From: Bacilli bacterium
Lineage (GTDB): Bacteria > Bacillota_I > Bacilli_A > RFN20 > CAG-826
DNA length: 58,256 bases
Assembly (NCBI GenBank): GCA_024407995.1
Contig: JAKSVL010000002.1
Span: 1 to 58,256 of the forward strand
Direction: 5' to 3'
Positions 18,774-28,400 of this stretch are shown one piece after another (within the stretch, counting starts at the first letter, position 1; every line of letters starts with the position of its first letter). The translations under genes were made by a program, and so were the position numbers. The notes under the pieces were generated by a model. It was not told the DNA's origin. It did no database searches and saw only the letters and a program-made list of their open reading frames with translations.

Positions 18774-20006
18774 ATGTACGATATTAACGAAATTAGAAAA
18801 CAATTTCCAATGCTCAATGGCAAAACAATGCAAAACAAGCCACTTGTGTTTTTGGACAATTGTTCAACAACATTTAAGCCTCAATGTGTAATTGATGCTA
18901 TTTCTGAATATTATACAAAGTATAATAGTAACTCACATCGTGGCGACTATGATCTTTTGTATCAAATGGATGTCAAAGTGGATGAAGCTAGAAAAACTAT
19001 AGCGGATTTTATTAGTGCTGATGCAAATGAAGTGGTCTTTACCGATGGTGCAACCGGTGCATTAAATTTAGTGGCCTATGGCTATGCTTTGAAAAACCTT
19101 AAAAAAGGCGATGAAATTATTATCAGTTATTCTGAGCACGCTTCCAATATTTTGCCTTGGTTCAGAATTTGTGAATTGACGGGCGCTGTTATTAAATATG
19201 TGCCTTTAAATGATGAAGGAAAATTACTTCCTGAAAATCTTTTGAAGGTTATTTCTAAAAATACAAAAATTGTTTCTTTGGCGCAAATAGGAAACGTTTT
19301 GGGTTACACAATTGATGTTAAAAAATTTGCCAAAATCGCCCACCAATATGGCGCGATAATGGTTGTCGATGGTGCACAATCAGTTCCTCATATGCGCGTA
19401 AATTTTAAAGATTTAGATATTGATTTCTTAGCATTCTCTGCTCATAAAATGTGTGGTCCAACTGGTATTGGCGCATTAGTGGGCAAATATGATTTATTAA
19501 TGAATATGGATCCATTTGTATGTGGTGGTGGTATGAATTCTTCTTTCACAAAAGATGGCGAAGTAAATTATCGTCTTCCACCTGAAAAATTTGAAGCAGG
19601 AACACAAAATTTAGCAGCGATTCTTGGCTTTAAAAAAGCAGTGGAATTCATTAATTCGGTGGGGATTGATGCTATTCATGAGCATGATCAAGCCCTTATT
19701 AAATATGCCATCGGACAATTAGAGCAACTCGATAATGTCATTATCTATAATAAGGATTCTAATAATGGTATTTTAACATTCAATATCAAAGGCATTTTCT
19801 CACAAGATGAAGCAACGTTGCTCAACTATAAAGGCATTGCCATTCGTTCTGGAGAACACTGCGCCAAGATTCTTGATAATTATTTAGGCGTTAAAGCGAC
19901 ATGTCGTATGTCGACATATTTATATACAAGCAAAGAAGACGTTGATGCTTTTATCAACGCAATTAAAGATGGAGGAGATATTTTAGATGCGTATTTCAAT
20001 GACTAG
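18774..20006 (+). CDS. sufS: Cysteine desulfurase SufS
   Basis: PLP-lysine motif SAHKMCGPTG and active-site RSGEHCA. Confidence 0.95.
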   Translation: MYDINEIRKQFPMLNGKTMQNKPLVFLDNCSTTFKPQCVIDAISEYYTKYNSNSHRGDYDLLYQMDVKVDEARKTIADFISADANEVVFTDGATGALNLVAYGYALKNLKKGDEIIISYSEHASNILPWFRICELTGAVIKYVPLNDEGKLLPENLLKVISKNTKIVSLAQIGNVLGYTIDVKKFAKIAHQYGAIMVVDGAQSVPHMRVNFKDLDIDFLAFSAHKMCGPTGIGALVGKYDLLMNMDPFVCGGGMNSSFTKDGEVNYRLPPEKFEAGTQNLAAILGFKKAVEFINSVGIDAIHEHDQALIKYAIGQLEQLDNVIIYNKDSNNGILTFNIKGIFSQDEATLLNYKGIAIRSGEHCAKILDNYLGVKATCRMSTYLYTSKEDVDAFINAIKDGGDILDAYFND

Positions 20007-20418
20007 TGGCATGATGAGGCAAATCATTATGGACCATTATTCCAATCCACAAAACAAACATCAACCTCCAAAAGAAGGTTATGAAAAAGTTCATATGCAT
20101 AGTGATAACTGCATAGATGATTTAGACATTTTTTTACTTGTGGAAAATGGCCAAGTAAGCGATGCTTGCTTTGACGGTACCGCTTGTACAATCTCAACTT
20201 CTTCCACAGATATTATGTGTGATTTATTGCAAGGCAAAAGTATTGAAGAAGCTAAAAAAATCATTGAACAATATAACCATATGATTCATGAAGAATCTTT
20301 TAATGAAGATCTTCTTGAAGAAGCCATTGTGTTTATTAACACCAGTAAGCAAGCCGCTCGTATTAGATGCGCCACAATCGGTTGGAATGCAGCGGATGAA
20401 ATATTAAAGGACAAATAA
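19987..20418 (+). CDS. sufU: Sulfur-transfer/scaffold protein SufU
   Basis: [21 protein letters not shown] and IRCATIGW motifs. GGAGGAG SD lies upstream of the ATG at 19987. Confidence 0.9.
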   Translation: MRISMTSGMMRQIIMDHYSNPQNKHQPPKEGYEKVHMHSDNCIDDLDIFLLVENGQVSDACFDGTACTISTSSTDIMCDLLQGKSIEEAKKIIEQYNHMIHEESFNEDLLEEAIVFINTSKQAARIRCATIGWNAADEILKDK

Positions 20419-20419
20419 C

Positions 20420-21820
20420 ATGCCAAAAGACGAAATCAAATTCCAAGAAGATTATAAATATGGTTTCAAAGATGAGGATGTCTCAATTGTTAAAACAGAC
20501 ATCGGTTTAAACGAGGATATTATTAGACAAATATCCAAGCTCAAGGATGAACCAGAATGGATGCTTGAATATCGTTTGAAGAGCTATAGAGCTTTTCTAA
20601 AGCTCCCATTGCCTTCATTTGGTCCTGATTTATCTAATCTTGATTACGATACATATACGTATTTTACACGTTTAAGTAATAAGGAAAGCAAAAACTGGGA
20701 AGAAGTACCAGAAACTGTAAAAAACACTTTTAACAAACTCGGCATCCCAGAAGCAGAACAAAAGTATCTCGCTGGTGTTTCAACTCAATACGAATCGGAA
20801 GTTGTTTATCACAATATGTTAAAAGAAGTTGAAGAAAAGGGCGTCATCTTTTTATCAACAGATATGGCGTTAAAACTTTATCCTGATTTATTTAAAAAAT
20901 ATTTTGGTACTGTTGTCCCTTATGGCGATAATAAATTTTCTGCATTAAATGGCGCTGTTTGGTCCGGTGGATCTTTCATCTACGTGCCAAAAGGTGTTCA
21001 TTTGGAAAAACCATTACAATCATATTTTAGGATTAATAATGAAAAGTCAGGTCAATTTGAAAGAACCTTAATTATTGTAGATGAAGGCGCTGATGTCCAC
21101 TATGTGGAAGGCTGTACTGCTCCAACATATAGTAAGGAATCACTCCATGCTGCGGTAGTGGAAATCTTTGTTCTTGATGGTGGCAGATGCCGTTATTCTA
21201 CTGTCCAAAACTGGAGCACAAATATAGTTAATTTAGTCACGAAACGTGCTATTTGTTACAAAAACGCTTCCATGGAATGGATTGATGGAAACATTGGCTC
21301 ACAAGTAAATATGAAATATCCAGCCTGCATCTTAGCGGGAGAAGGAGCAAAAGGCACTTGTATTTCTATCGCTGTGGCAGGAAAAGGTCAATTCCAAGAT
21401 GCGGGAGCCCGTATGATTCATATTGCTCCAAATACATCATCAACCATCATTTCTAAATCTATTGTAAAAAATGGTGGTATCGCTAATTATCGTGGAACAG
21501 TAAGACATCATAAATCTGCAACAAATTCTAGAAGTCACGTTGAATGCGATACATTAATTTTGGACGATTTATCAAGAAGCGACACTATTCCAAATAACGA
21601 AGTTAAAAATAATAGTTCATATATTGAACATGAAGCTACAGTGAGTAAAATATCTGAAGAACAATTGTTCTATTTGATGTCTCGTGGTATTTCAGAACAT
21701 GATGCAACCCAAATGATTATTATGGGCTTTATCGAACCATTCTCCAGAGAACTCCCAATGGAGTATGCTGTTGAGTTGAATCAATTAATTAAAATGGACA
21801 TGGAAGGAAGCGTTGGTTAA
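20420..21820 (+). CDS. sufB: Fe-S cluster assembly scaffold SufB
   Basis: 466 aa with typical SufB sequence throughout (e.g. [29 protein letters not shown]). Confidence 0.95.
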   Translation: MPKDEIKFQEDYKYGFKDEDVSIVKTDIGLNEDIIRQISKLKDEPEWMLEYRLKSYRAFLKLPLPSFGPDLSNLDYDTYTYFTRLSNKESKNWEEVPETVKNTFNKLGIPEAEQKYLAGVSTQYESEVVYHNMLKEVEEKGVIFLSTDMALKLYPDLFKKYFGTVVPYGDNKFSALNGAVWSGGSFIYVPKGVHLEKPLQSYFRINNEKSGQFERTLIIVDEGADVHYVEGCTAPTYSKESLHAAVVEIFVLDGGRCRYSTVQNWSTNIVNLVTKRAICYKNASMEWIDGNIGSQVNMKYPACILAGEGAKGTCISIAVAGKGQFQDAGARMIHIAPNTSSTIISKSIVKNGGIANYRGTVRHHKSATNSRSHVECDTLILDDLSRSDTIPNNEVKNNSSYIEHEATVSKISEEQLFYLMSRGISEHDATQMIIMGFIEPFSRELPMEYAVELNQLIKMDMEGSVG

Positions 21821-23700
21821 TGAAAGAATTTGATGTCATTGTTGTAGGCGGAGGACACGCCGGTCTTGAGGCGGCTTTTGCCTGTGCTCATTTGAATAAA
21901 GAAACGCTTCTTTTAACCTTAAATATTAAAATGATGGGCAACATGCCATGCAATCCATCAATTGGTGGATCTGCCAAAGGTATTGTCGTTAGAGAAATCG
22001 ATGCTCTAGGTGGCATGATGGGTAAAGCAGCTGACCATCATTATTTGCAAATGAAGATGTTGAACACTGGAAAAGGTCCTGGTGTCCAATGCTTAAGAGC
22101 GCAACAAGATAAATTAGAATACCCTGCTTATTTGCAGCAATTAGCCTTGTCTACAGAACATCTGACTGTACAAGAAGGAATGGTTGTTGGCCTCATTGCT
22201 GAAGAACAAAAAATACAGGGTGTTATATTAGAAAATGGTACACGTATCCGTTCTAAAGCGGTAATTTTAACAACGGGTACATACATGGAAAGCCAAATTT
22301 TCCGTGGCCACGATGTCAAAGATGAAGGTCCTGATGGAGAAAAACCATCACTTGGTTTGTCCCCATATTTAAGATCTTTGGGTATTGAAACATTTAGATT
22401 AAAAACAGGAACTCCTCCTCGTATTAAAAGAGATTCTATTGATTTCAGCAAAGCTACAGTGCAACCTGGTACTCCTCGCCGTTTAGCATTTTCTTACGAG
22501 ACAAAGGAGTTCATCCCAGTTGATGAGCAAGAACTTTGCTATTTAGTTTATACTACACCAAGAACACATGAAATCATCAAAGAACACTTAAAAGACTCTG
22601 CGTTATTTAGTGGTTTGGTGACTGGTGTTGGACCGAGATATTGTCCGTCTATTGAATCTAAAATAGTGACATTTGCCGACAAAGAAAGACATCAATTATT
22701 CTTGGAACCAGAATCAAGATATACTGATTCAATTTATCTCCAAGGCTTTTCTACTTCTATGCCTGTTGACGTACAAGAAGAAATGGTCCATTCTCTACCT
22801 GGTTTTGAAAATGCTGTTTTCTTAAAGTATGCATATGCAATTGAATACGACGCTATTAGAACAGAAGAATATGGTCCTAACTTAGAAATTAAAAAATGGC
22901 CAGGTTTGTTTATTGGTGGTCAAATCTGTGGCACTTCTGGGTATGAAGAAGCTGCAGCTTTAGGCCTCATCGCTGGTATTAATGCTTGTTTGAAAATTGA
23001 CGGCAAAGAGCCATTCATTTTAAGAAGAGATCAAGCCTATATCGGTGTGATGGTTGATGATTTAGTAACTAAGGGTACAGAAGAACCTTATAGACTCATG
23101 TCTTCTCGTGCAGAATTCCGTTTGATTCTTAGGCACGATAATGCTGATATGCGTTTAACAGAAATTGGACATCAAATCGGTTTGATATCAGAAGAAAGAT
23201 ATCAAAATTTTGTTAATAAAATTAACAATATTAATAAGGCAGTTGAAATCCTTAAAGAAAACTATTTAGGCAATCGTGAAGAAATTAATGCTTATTTAAG
23301 AAGTGTTAATTCTGATGAATTAACAGGTGGTATTCAGGCTTTTGAATTATTAAAAAGACCAAATATTTCTTACGAGGCCTTAAGAAATTTTGTTCCTGCT
23401 TTAAAAGATATTGAATTAGATGAATTTGCGATTGAGGAAGTCGAAATCATTGCTAAATATGAAGGCTATATCGTTAAGCAAATTAGAGAAGCTAAAAATA
23501 TGGCGAAATTAGAAGAGATGAAAATCCCAAGTGATTTTGATTACATAAACATGGATGGTTTAGCATTGGAAGCTAGACAAAAACTCGATAAAGTGAGGCC
23601 ACTAACCATCGGACAAGCTTCTCGTATTTCGGGAGTTAATCCAAGCGATGTTACAGTGTTGATTTTTAACGCGAGGAAAGCTAAAAATGAACAAAATTAA
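21820..23700 (+). CDS. mnmG: tRNA uridine 5-carboxymethylaminomethyl modification enzyme MnmG (GidA)
   Basis: FAD motif VIVVGGGHAGLEAA; 626 aa; TAATG overlap with sufB. Confidence 0.95.
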   Translation: MKEFDVIVVGGGHAGLEAAFACAHLNKETLLLTLNIKMMGNMPCNPSIGGSAKGIVVREIDALGGMMGKAADHHYLQMKMLNTGKGPGVQCLRAQQDKLEYPAYLQQLALSTEHLTVQEGMVVGLIAEEQKIQGVILENGTRIRSKAVILTTGTYMESQIFRGHDVKDEGPDGEKPSLGLSPYLRSLGIETFRLKTGTPPRIKRDSIDFSKATVQPGTPRRLAFSYETKEFIPVDEQELCYLVYTTPRTHEIIKEHLKDSALFSGLVTGVGPRYCPSIESKIVTFADKERHQLFLEPESRYTDSIYLQGFSTSMPVDVQEEMVHSLPGFENAVFLKYAYAIEYDAIRTEEYGPNLEIKKWPGLFIGGQICGTSGYEEAAALGLIAGINACLKIDGKEPFILRRDQAYIGVMVDDLVTKGTEEPYRLMSSRAEFRLILRHDNADMRLTEIGHQIGLISEERYQNFVNKINNINKAVEILKENYLGNREEINAYLRSVNSDELTGGIQAFELLKRPNISYEALRNFVPALKDIELDEFAIEEVEIIAKYEGYIVKQIREAKNMAKLEEMKIPSDFDYINMDGLALEARQKLDKVRPLTIGQASRISGVNPSDVTVLIFNARKAKNEQN

Positions 23701-24388
23701 CTTTGTTAAAGAATTAGAGAAACGCGGTATTGATTGTAACGAATCTCAATTAAATCTTTTATGGAATTTCATGCATCATGTTTTAGATACTAATGAAAAA
23801 TTCAATTTAACCGCAATCAAGGATGAAGAAACTTTTGTTGAAAAGATGATTTTCGACAGCGCTCTTTTGCTAAACAATCATGAATTTGAAGGCTCTGATT
23901 TGTTAGATATTGGCGCAGGTGCTGGCTTCCCTAGTGTCGTTGTTTCTATCCTTTCACCGAACACTCACGTTGTGGCGTTGGATAGCACCGCTAAAAAAGT
24001 AAATTTTATTAAAGAATATGCTAAAAGAAACAATCTCAACATGTCTGCTGTCTGTGCTCGCGCTGAAGATTATGCCGAACAAAATAGAGAAAAATATACA
24101 TTAGTTACTGCTCGTGCAGTTGCTTCGCTTCGCATTCTTATTGAACTAGCAATGCCGATGCTTAAAGTTGGTGGTGTACTTATCGCTATGAAAGGTCCTG
24201 GATTTGAGGAAGAAATCATTGAAGCTGAAGGTGCCTTTAAAAAATTGAAATGTAAGATTGATTATATTTATGAAGATCAATTACCAGAAAGCCAAGAGAC
24301 CCGTTCCTTTATTTATATTAAAAAGGTAGGGGAAACACCAAAAAAATATCCTCGTCCATTTGGCGAAATTAAAGCCAGACCTTTATAA
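23687..24388 (+). CDS. rsmG: 16S rRNA m7G527 methyltransferase RsmG (GidB)
   Basis: SAM motif DIGAGAGFPS; canonical position after mnmG. Confidence 0.9.
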   Translation: MNKINFVKELEKRGIDCNESQLNLLWNFMHHVLDTNEKFNLTAIKDEETFVEKMIFDSALLLNNHEFEGSDLLDIGAGAGFPSVVVSILSPNTHVVALDSTAKKVNFIKEYAKRNNLNMSAVCARAEDYAEQNREKYTLVTARAVASLRILIELAMPMLKVGGVLIAMKGPGFEEEIIEAEGAFKKLKCKIDYIYEDQLPESQETRSFIYIKKVGETPKKYPRPFGEIKARPL

Positions 24389-24426
24389 ATCTAATGATTA
24401 AAGCATAGTTTTACATAGGCTAATTA

Positions 24427-24435
24427 TGTTATAAT
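24427..24435 (+). promoter_or_regulatory. Extended -10 promoter element (TGtTATAAT)
   Basis: TGTTATAAT ends 6 nt before the ATG at 24442. No SD is present. Confidence 0.45.
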
Positions 24436-24441
24436 TCACCT

Positions 24442-26226
24442 ATGAAGAAATTTGCTTTTTTATTTGCCACATTTGCGTTAGCCCTAACTTCTTGCTGTTC
24501 CACAAGCTCTTTTAATAGTGAAAATAGCACTGCTTCTTCTAATGAAATTACTTCAAGTTCTAGTTCAAGTTTTAGCGTAGATAGCGACCACGTTCATCAA
24601 TATTCGTTAATTTCTGAAACTCAAGCAACACTATTGGAACGAGGTGTTAAAACCTATTCTTGTTCTTGTGGTGATAGTTATGAAAGATATTCATATTATC
24701 TTGAAGAAATTGCGTTTAAAGATAAAGTATTCCAATACAGTGGCCACGAAAATGTTATTACTCTTGAAGGGCTTTTACCTTCTCACTTAACTGTTGAATA
24801 TGAAAATAACAAATTAACGGAAATAGGCAGTAAAGAAGCAACCGCCAAAATATTGGATGAGGAAGGACAAGTGGTGATGAGTAAAAAAGCCATCATTACG
24901 GTTGAAGCATATACAGGTTTCCCCCATGTTGAATTAGATACCAGTGGTGTTTCTATTGATTCCGATGAAGAATATACTCCGGTTAAAGTAAGTACAAGCA
25001 ATTGTAAAGATGCATATAAAATCAGCAACAAAACTGGTGGCATTCGTTTAAAAGTCCATGGTGGTCAAAAATAATATAAAAAGCTATATCGTCTTAAGTT
25101 TGAGAAGAAACTGAATCTTTTAGGTTTACACTCCGATTATAAAAACTGGGTTCTTTTAGCGGATTATAATGATCCATCAATGCTCCGCAATCAATCTGCA
25201 TTAAATATTGGTAACTCATTATTTAACTATTCAAACAACTACGCTAGTCGTTATGAGCATGTTCATGTTTACTTAAATGGACAATATCAAGGCGTCTATT
25301 TATTAGCGGAGCAGCAGCAAATTAACGCAGGACGTGTAGCGATTAACGAGGCAGAAGAAAATTATCAAGGTACAGATATCGGCTACTTTTTAGAACTACA
25401 TTTAAAGAATACTGACGGTCAACAAATTGATGCAGATTTTCCAGATTATGTAAGCTTAAAAGGTAATCGTAGAGTATTGAGTGGTGCTACTGTTCCTGAT
25501 CATTATTATGAAGTGAAATCTGATTATTATTCCAATGACCAAAAAACATTTATCCAAAAATACATTAATAATGTCTTTTCAATCATGTTCAATGCGGTTA
25601 GCAATAAGGGTTTCTATAAGCTAGATCAAAACTATGATTTAGTGGAAGCTAATTTTGCTAATGCTTATGAATGCATTAATGAAGTAATCGATTTGGAATC
25701 ATTGTTCAAAATCTATTATTTACAAGAAATGATGTGCAACGTAGATGTTGGTTATGCTAGTTTCTATTTGTTTGTCGATTTCTCAAGCAAAAGTACGCAC
25801 AAAAGATTAACTTTTGGTGCTCCGTGGGATTTTGACTGGTCTAGTGGTAACGCAAATAAAAACGATGCTCAAAATGCTAAAAAAGAATACAATAGCCGCA
25901 ATTTTGAGTTTATGAATTGGTGGTTATATATGTTAAGGAAGAGTGATTTCTTTAACACATATTTTGAAAAGTATTTCGAAATCTTTGATTGTGTTGGCAT
26001 CATGCAAAGAGTATTTAATGATATAGATTATGAAGTTGCAACATTCAGCCAAGATTTTGCAAATAACTATAGCGTGTGGAAAACATTAGGTACTTATATT
26101 CCTGCTTATACCATTAACGCCAATCTTTCTTTTAAATCACAAAAAGATGGCGCGGACTATTTAAAAGATTGGTTAACACAAAGATATACTTATCTTTCAT
26201 CATTATTTTTAAAAAGTCTTCAATAA
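24442..26226 (+). pseudogene. CotH-family (atypical kinase-like) lipoprotein gene interrupted by a single in-frame TAA
   Basis: Track ORFs 24442..25074 and 25180..26226 are in the same frame. Codons 25075..25179 read YKKLYRLKFEKKLNLLGLHSDYKNWVLLADYNDPS with no stop, a conserved CotH N-terminal region. The only interruption is the TAA at 25072-25074. N-terminal lipobox: LALTSC. Confidence 0.7.
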
Positions 26227-26250
26227 ATTAAAAAGCGTTATATAATATAG

Positions 26251-26360
26251 ACACTTCAGGGCAGCGAAAAGCGACCGGCGGTAAACCCCGCGAGCCAATA
26301 TAGTGGCATGAACTTGTGAAATTCAAGTGGCGACAGTAAAGTCTGGATGAAAGAAGATGT
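26251..26360 (+). promoter_or_regulatory. FMN riboswitch (RFN element)
   Basis: AGGGCAGCGAAAAGCGACCGGCGGTAAACCCCGCGAGC ... GCGACAGTAAAGTCTGGATGAAAGAAG matches the RFN core as recalled. TATAAT at 26241-26246. Lies upstream of ribU. Confidence 0.9.
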
Positions 26361-26363
26361 TTT

Positions 26364-26390
26364 TTAGGCCTTGGGAAAGGTCTATTTTTT
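26364..26390 (+). terminator. Riboswitch expression-platform terminator
   Basis: TAGGCCTT / AAGGTCTA hairpin followed by T6, ending immediately before the ATG at 26391. Confidence 0.7.
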
Positions 26391-27092
26391 ATGAAAGACA
26401 ATCTCACGGGGTTATGTATAGCAATCGGATTCTTTGTGGTTTTGCTCGCGAAATTTTTTGCGAAGTTTTTCTTTAAAACAAATACCATCACAACTCGTTT
26501 TATTGCTAGAACCGGTGTATTTGCCGCTATTTCAATTATTTTATATATTGTTCCTGGATTTAAATTTTCCTTACCGTTTTTCCCATCTTTTTTAGAAATT
26601 CACCTTGATGAAATTCCTGCATTCTTAGCAGGATTTGCCTATGGTCCATTATCTGGTTTCATTATTATTTTAGTTAAAACTATTGTTAAGCTTCCTCTTA
26701 CCAGTACTGCATGCGTTGGCGAACTAGCAGATTTCATTTATTCTGTTGCTTTTGTGGTTCCAGCGGCATTGATTTATAAAAAGAATCACACATTAAAAGG
26801 AGCTTTTATTTCCATGCTGATTGCGGTAGCGATTCAAGTAACTGTTTCCTCAATTATTACAACTTTTGTTATGTTAGATGCCTATTCAATTTTATATAAC
26901 ATGCCAAAATCAGTAATCTTAAGCATGTGTCAAAAAATCAATCCTGCAATTGATGACTTAGGAATTAAATTCTTATTAATGGTTGCACTCCCATTTAATG
27001 CTTTGAAAGATGCAATAGTATTTGTTGTGACTTTCCTCTTATACAAGAGGTTACGAATGATTTTTAAGAAAATCGATGCACAAAAAAACTAG
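26391..27092 (+). CDS. ribU: Riboflavin transporter RibU (ECF S-component)
   Basis: Multi-pass membrane protein (TRFIARTGVFAAISIILYIV...) directly controlled by an FMN riboswitch. Confidence 0.8.
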   Translation: MKDNLTGLCIAIGFFVVLLAKFFAKFFFKTNTITTRFIARTGVFAAISIILYIVPGFKFSLPFFPSFLEIHLDEIPAFLAGFAYGPLSGFIIILVKTIVKLPLTSTACVGELADFIYSVAFVVPAALIYKKNHTLKGAFISMLIAVAIQVTVSSIITTFVMLDAYSILYNMPKSVILSMCQKINPAIDDLGIKFLLMVALPFNALKDAIVFVVTFLLYKRLRMIFKKIDAQKN

Positions 27093-27115
27093 GTCATTCA
27101 CGGCCTAGTTTTTTG
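27082..27115. terminator. Bidirectional intrinsic terminator (ribU / fer convergent)
   Basis: ACTAGGTC / GGCCTAGT hairpin flanked by A7 and T6. Confidence 0.75.
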
Positions 27116-27122
27116 TTGTATT

Positions 27123-27302
27123 TTACTCTTCAACAGAGATTGCACCAACTGGGCAAACGCTAGCGGCGTCTTCGTCTGCTTCGCCTGTAATTGGGGTTGC
27201 TGGACCTTCATCAGAGAATTGGAAATCTTCTGGATAGGAACCGACGCATGCACCACACATAATGCAAACTGAAGCATCAATTTTTACTCTTTTTTTAGCC
27301 AT
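27123..27302 (-). CDS. fer: Ferredoxin (single 4Fe-4S/3Fe-4S type), 59 aa; missing from the ORF track
   Basis: Hand translation: MAKKRVKIDASVCIMCGACVGSYPEDFQFSDEGPATPITGEADEDAASVCPVGAISVEE. It has the CxxCxxC...CP cluster motif. AAGGAGG lies 8 nt upstream of the ATG. Confidence 0.85.
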   Translation of the reverse strand: MAKKRVKIDASVCIMCGACVGSYPEDFQFSDEGPATPITGEADEDAASVCPVGAISVEE

Positions 27303-27438
27303 GAGTAATTGCCTCCTTGGATTAGTATATAAGCATTATACAGAGAAAACGGATAAATATACAATATTTTCAAAAAAAGTCATAATTAACTACCAAAAAG
27401 ATTCTAATTAAATTAGAATATACACAGTCAGGATTATT

Positions 27439-27729
27439 ATGGCAGAAACAAGATTTGAAAAATATAAGAAATATCGCGAATCTTCTAACGAAATAAAAAA
27501 AGAAGTCGCTACCAAGAGCCGTGATTACAATCTAGTGAGTGAAAAGCATAACACCACATCAACATTACCATTGGATGAAGTGTTGGGGCAAATTGATGAA
27601 GAAGATGAAACTATCTCAAATCAATTAATCACTAAGAAGAGACTACAAATAGGAATAACTATTGCTATTGGAGTTCTTTTGCTCGCGGGTATTGTTATTT
27701 TTGCTATCGTGGCCTGGGGAGGAAAATAA
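27439..27729 (+). CDS. Small tail-anchored membrane protein (unknown function)
   Basis: Charged N-terminal region plus one C-terminal TM helix. Lies directly upstream of cmk. Confidence 0.6.
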   Translation: MAETRFEKYKKYRESSNEIKKEVATKSRDYNLVSEKHNTTSTLPLDEVLGQIDEEDETISNQLITKKRLQIGITIAIGVLLLAGIVIFAIVAWGGK

Positions 27730-27731
27730 CC

Positions 27732-28400
27732 ATGAAAATCGCTGTTGCTATTGACGGCCCAGCTGCTGCTGGCAAATCAACCATTGCAAAACAAGTCGCT
27801 TTGATGCGTGGCTTTACCTATATAGATACAGGCGCAATGTATCGCGCATTTACATGGTATTGCCTTAAAAAAGGCGTTGATTGCCAAGATGAAAAAGCCT
27901 GCGTCGCTTTAATTCCTGAAGTAAATATTGAACTTAAACCAGGCTATATAGTTTTATGTAATGGTGAAGATGTTTCTAAACCAATTAGAGGCACTGATGT
28001 ATCAGGCAATGTTTCTTATATTGCTTCATATAAAGATATCCGCTTAGCCCTTGTTGAGTTACAGCGTAAAATGGCAGAAAAAGATTCTGTTATTATGGAT
28101 GGAAGAGATATCGGAACTTACGTTTTGCCAAATGCTGAAGTAAAGATTTTCCAAGTAGCATCTGTTAGTAAAAGAGCAGAACGTAGATATAAAGAAAATC
28201 AAGAAAAAGGCATACCTTGTACATATGAAGACATCGTTGCAGACGTTGAAAAAAGAGACTATATCGATTCCCATCGTGCCTTTGCTCCACTTAAACCAGC
28301 GGCCGATGCAATTCATTTAGACACCTCTGATTTATCTATCGATGAAGTGGTAGCAGAAGTGAACAAGATTATCGATCAAAAATTAGCGGAGAATAAATAA
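27732..28400 (+). CDS. cmk: Cytidylate kinase
   Basis: IAIDGPAAAGKST P-loop; 222 aa. Confidence 0.95.
   Translation: MKIAVAIDGPAAAGKSTIAKQVALMRGFTYIDTGAMYRAFTWYCLKKGVDCQDEKACVALIPEVNIELKPGYIVLCNGEDVSKPIRGTDVSGNVSYIASYKDIRLALVELQRKMAEKDSVIMDGRDIGTYVLPNAEVKIFQVASVSKRAERRYKENQEKGIPCTYEDIVADVEKRDYIDSHRAFAPLKPAADAIHLDTSDLSIDEVVAEVNKIIDQKLAENK

Noticed and set aside
25072-25074. Frameshift as the cause of the split CotH gene.
   Set aside because: Both halves and the linker are in the same frame. The lesion is a single nonsense codon, not an indel.
26228-26491. 87-aa minus-strand ORF between the CotH pseudogene and ribU.
   Set aside because: It covers the FMN riboswitch and the ribU start on the opposite strand. 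The RFN consensus explains the conservation-like structure here.
27098-27280. 60-aa minus-strand track ORF (MMLQFALCVV...).
   Set aside because: It is in the wrong frame. The adjacent frame (27123..27302) gives a textbook ferredoxin with a strong SD.
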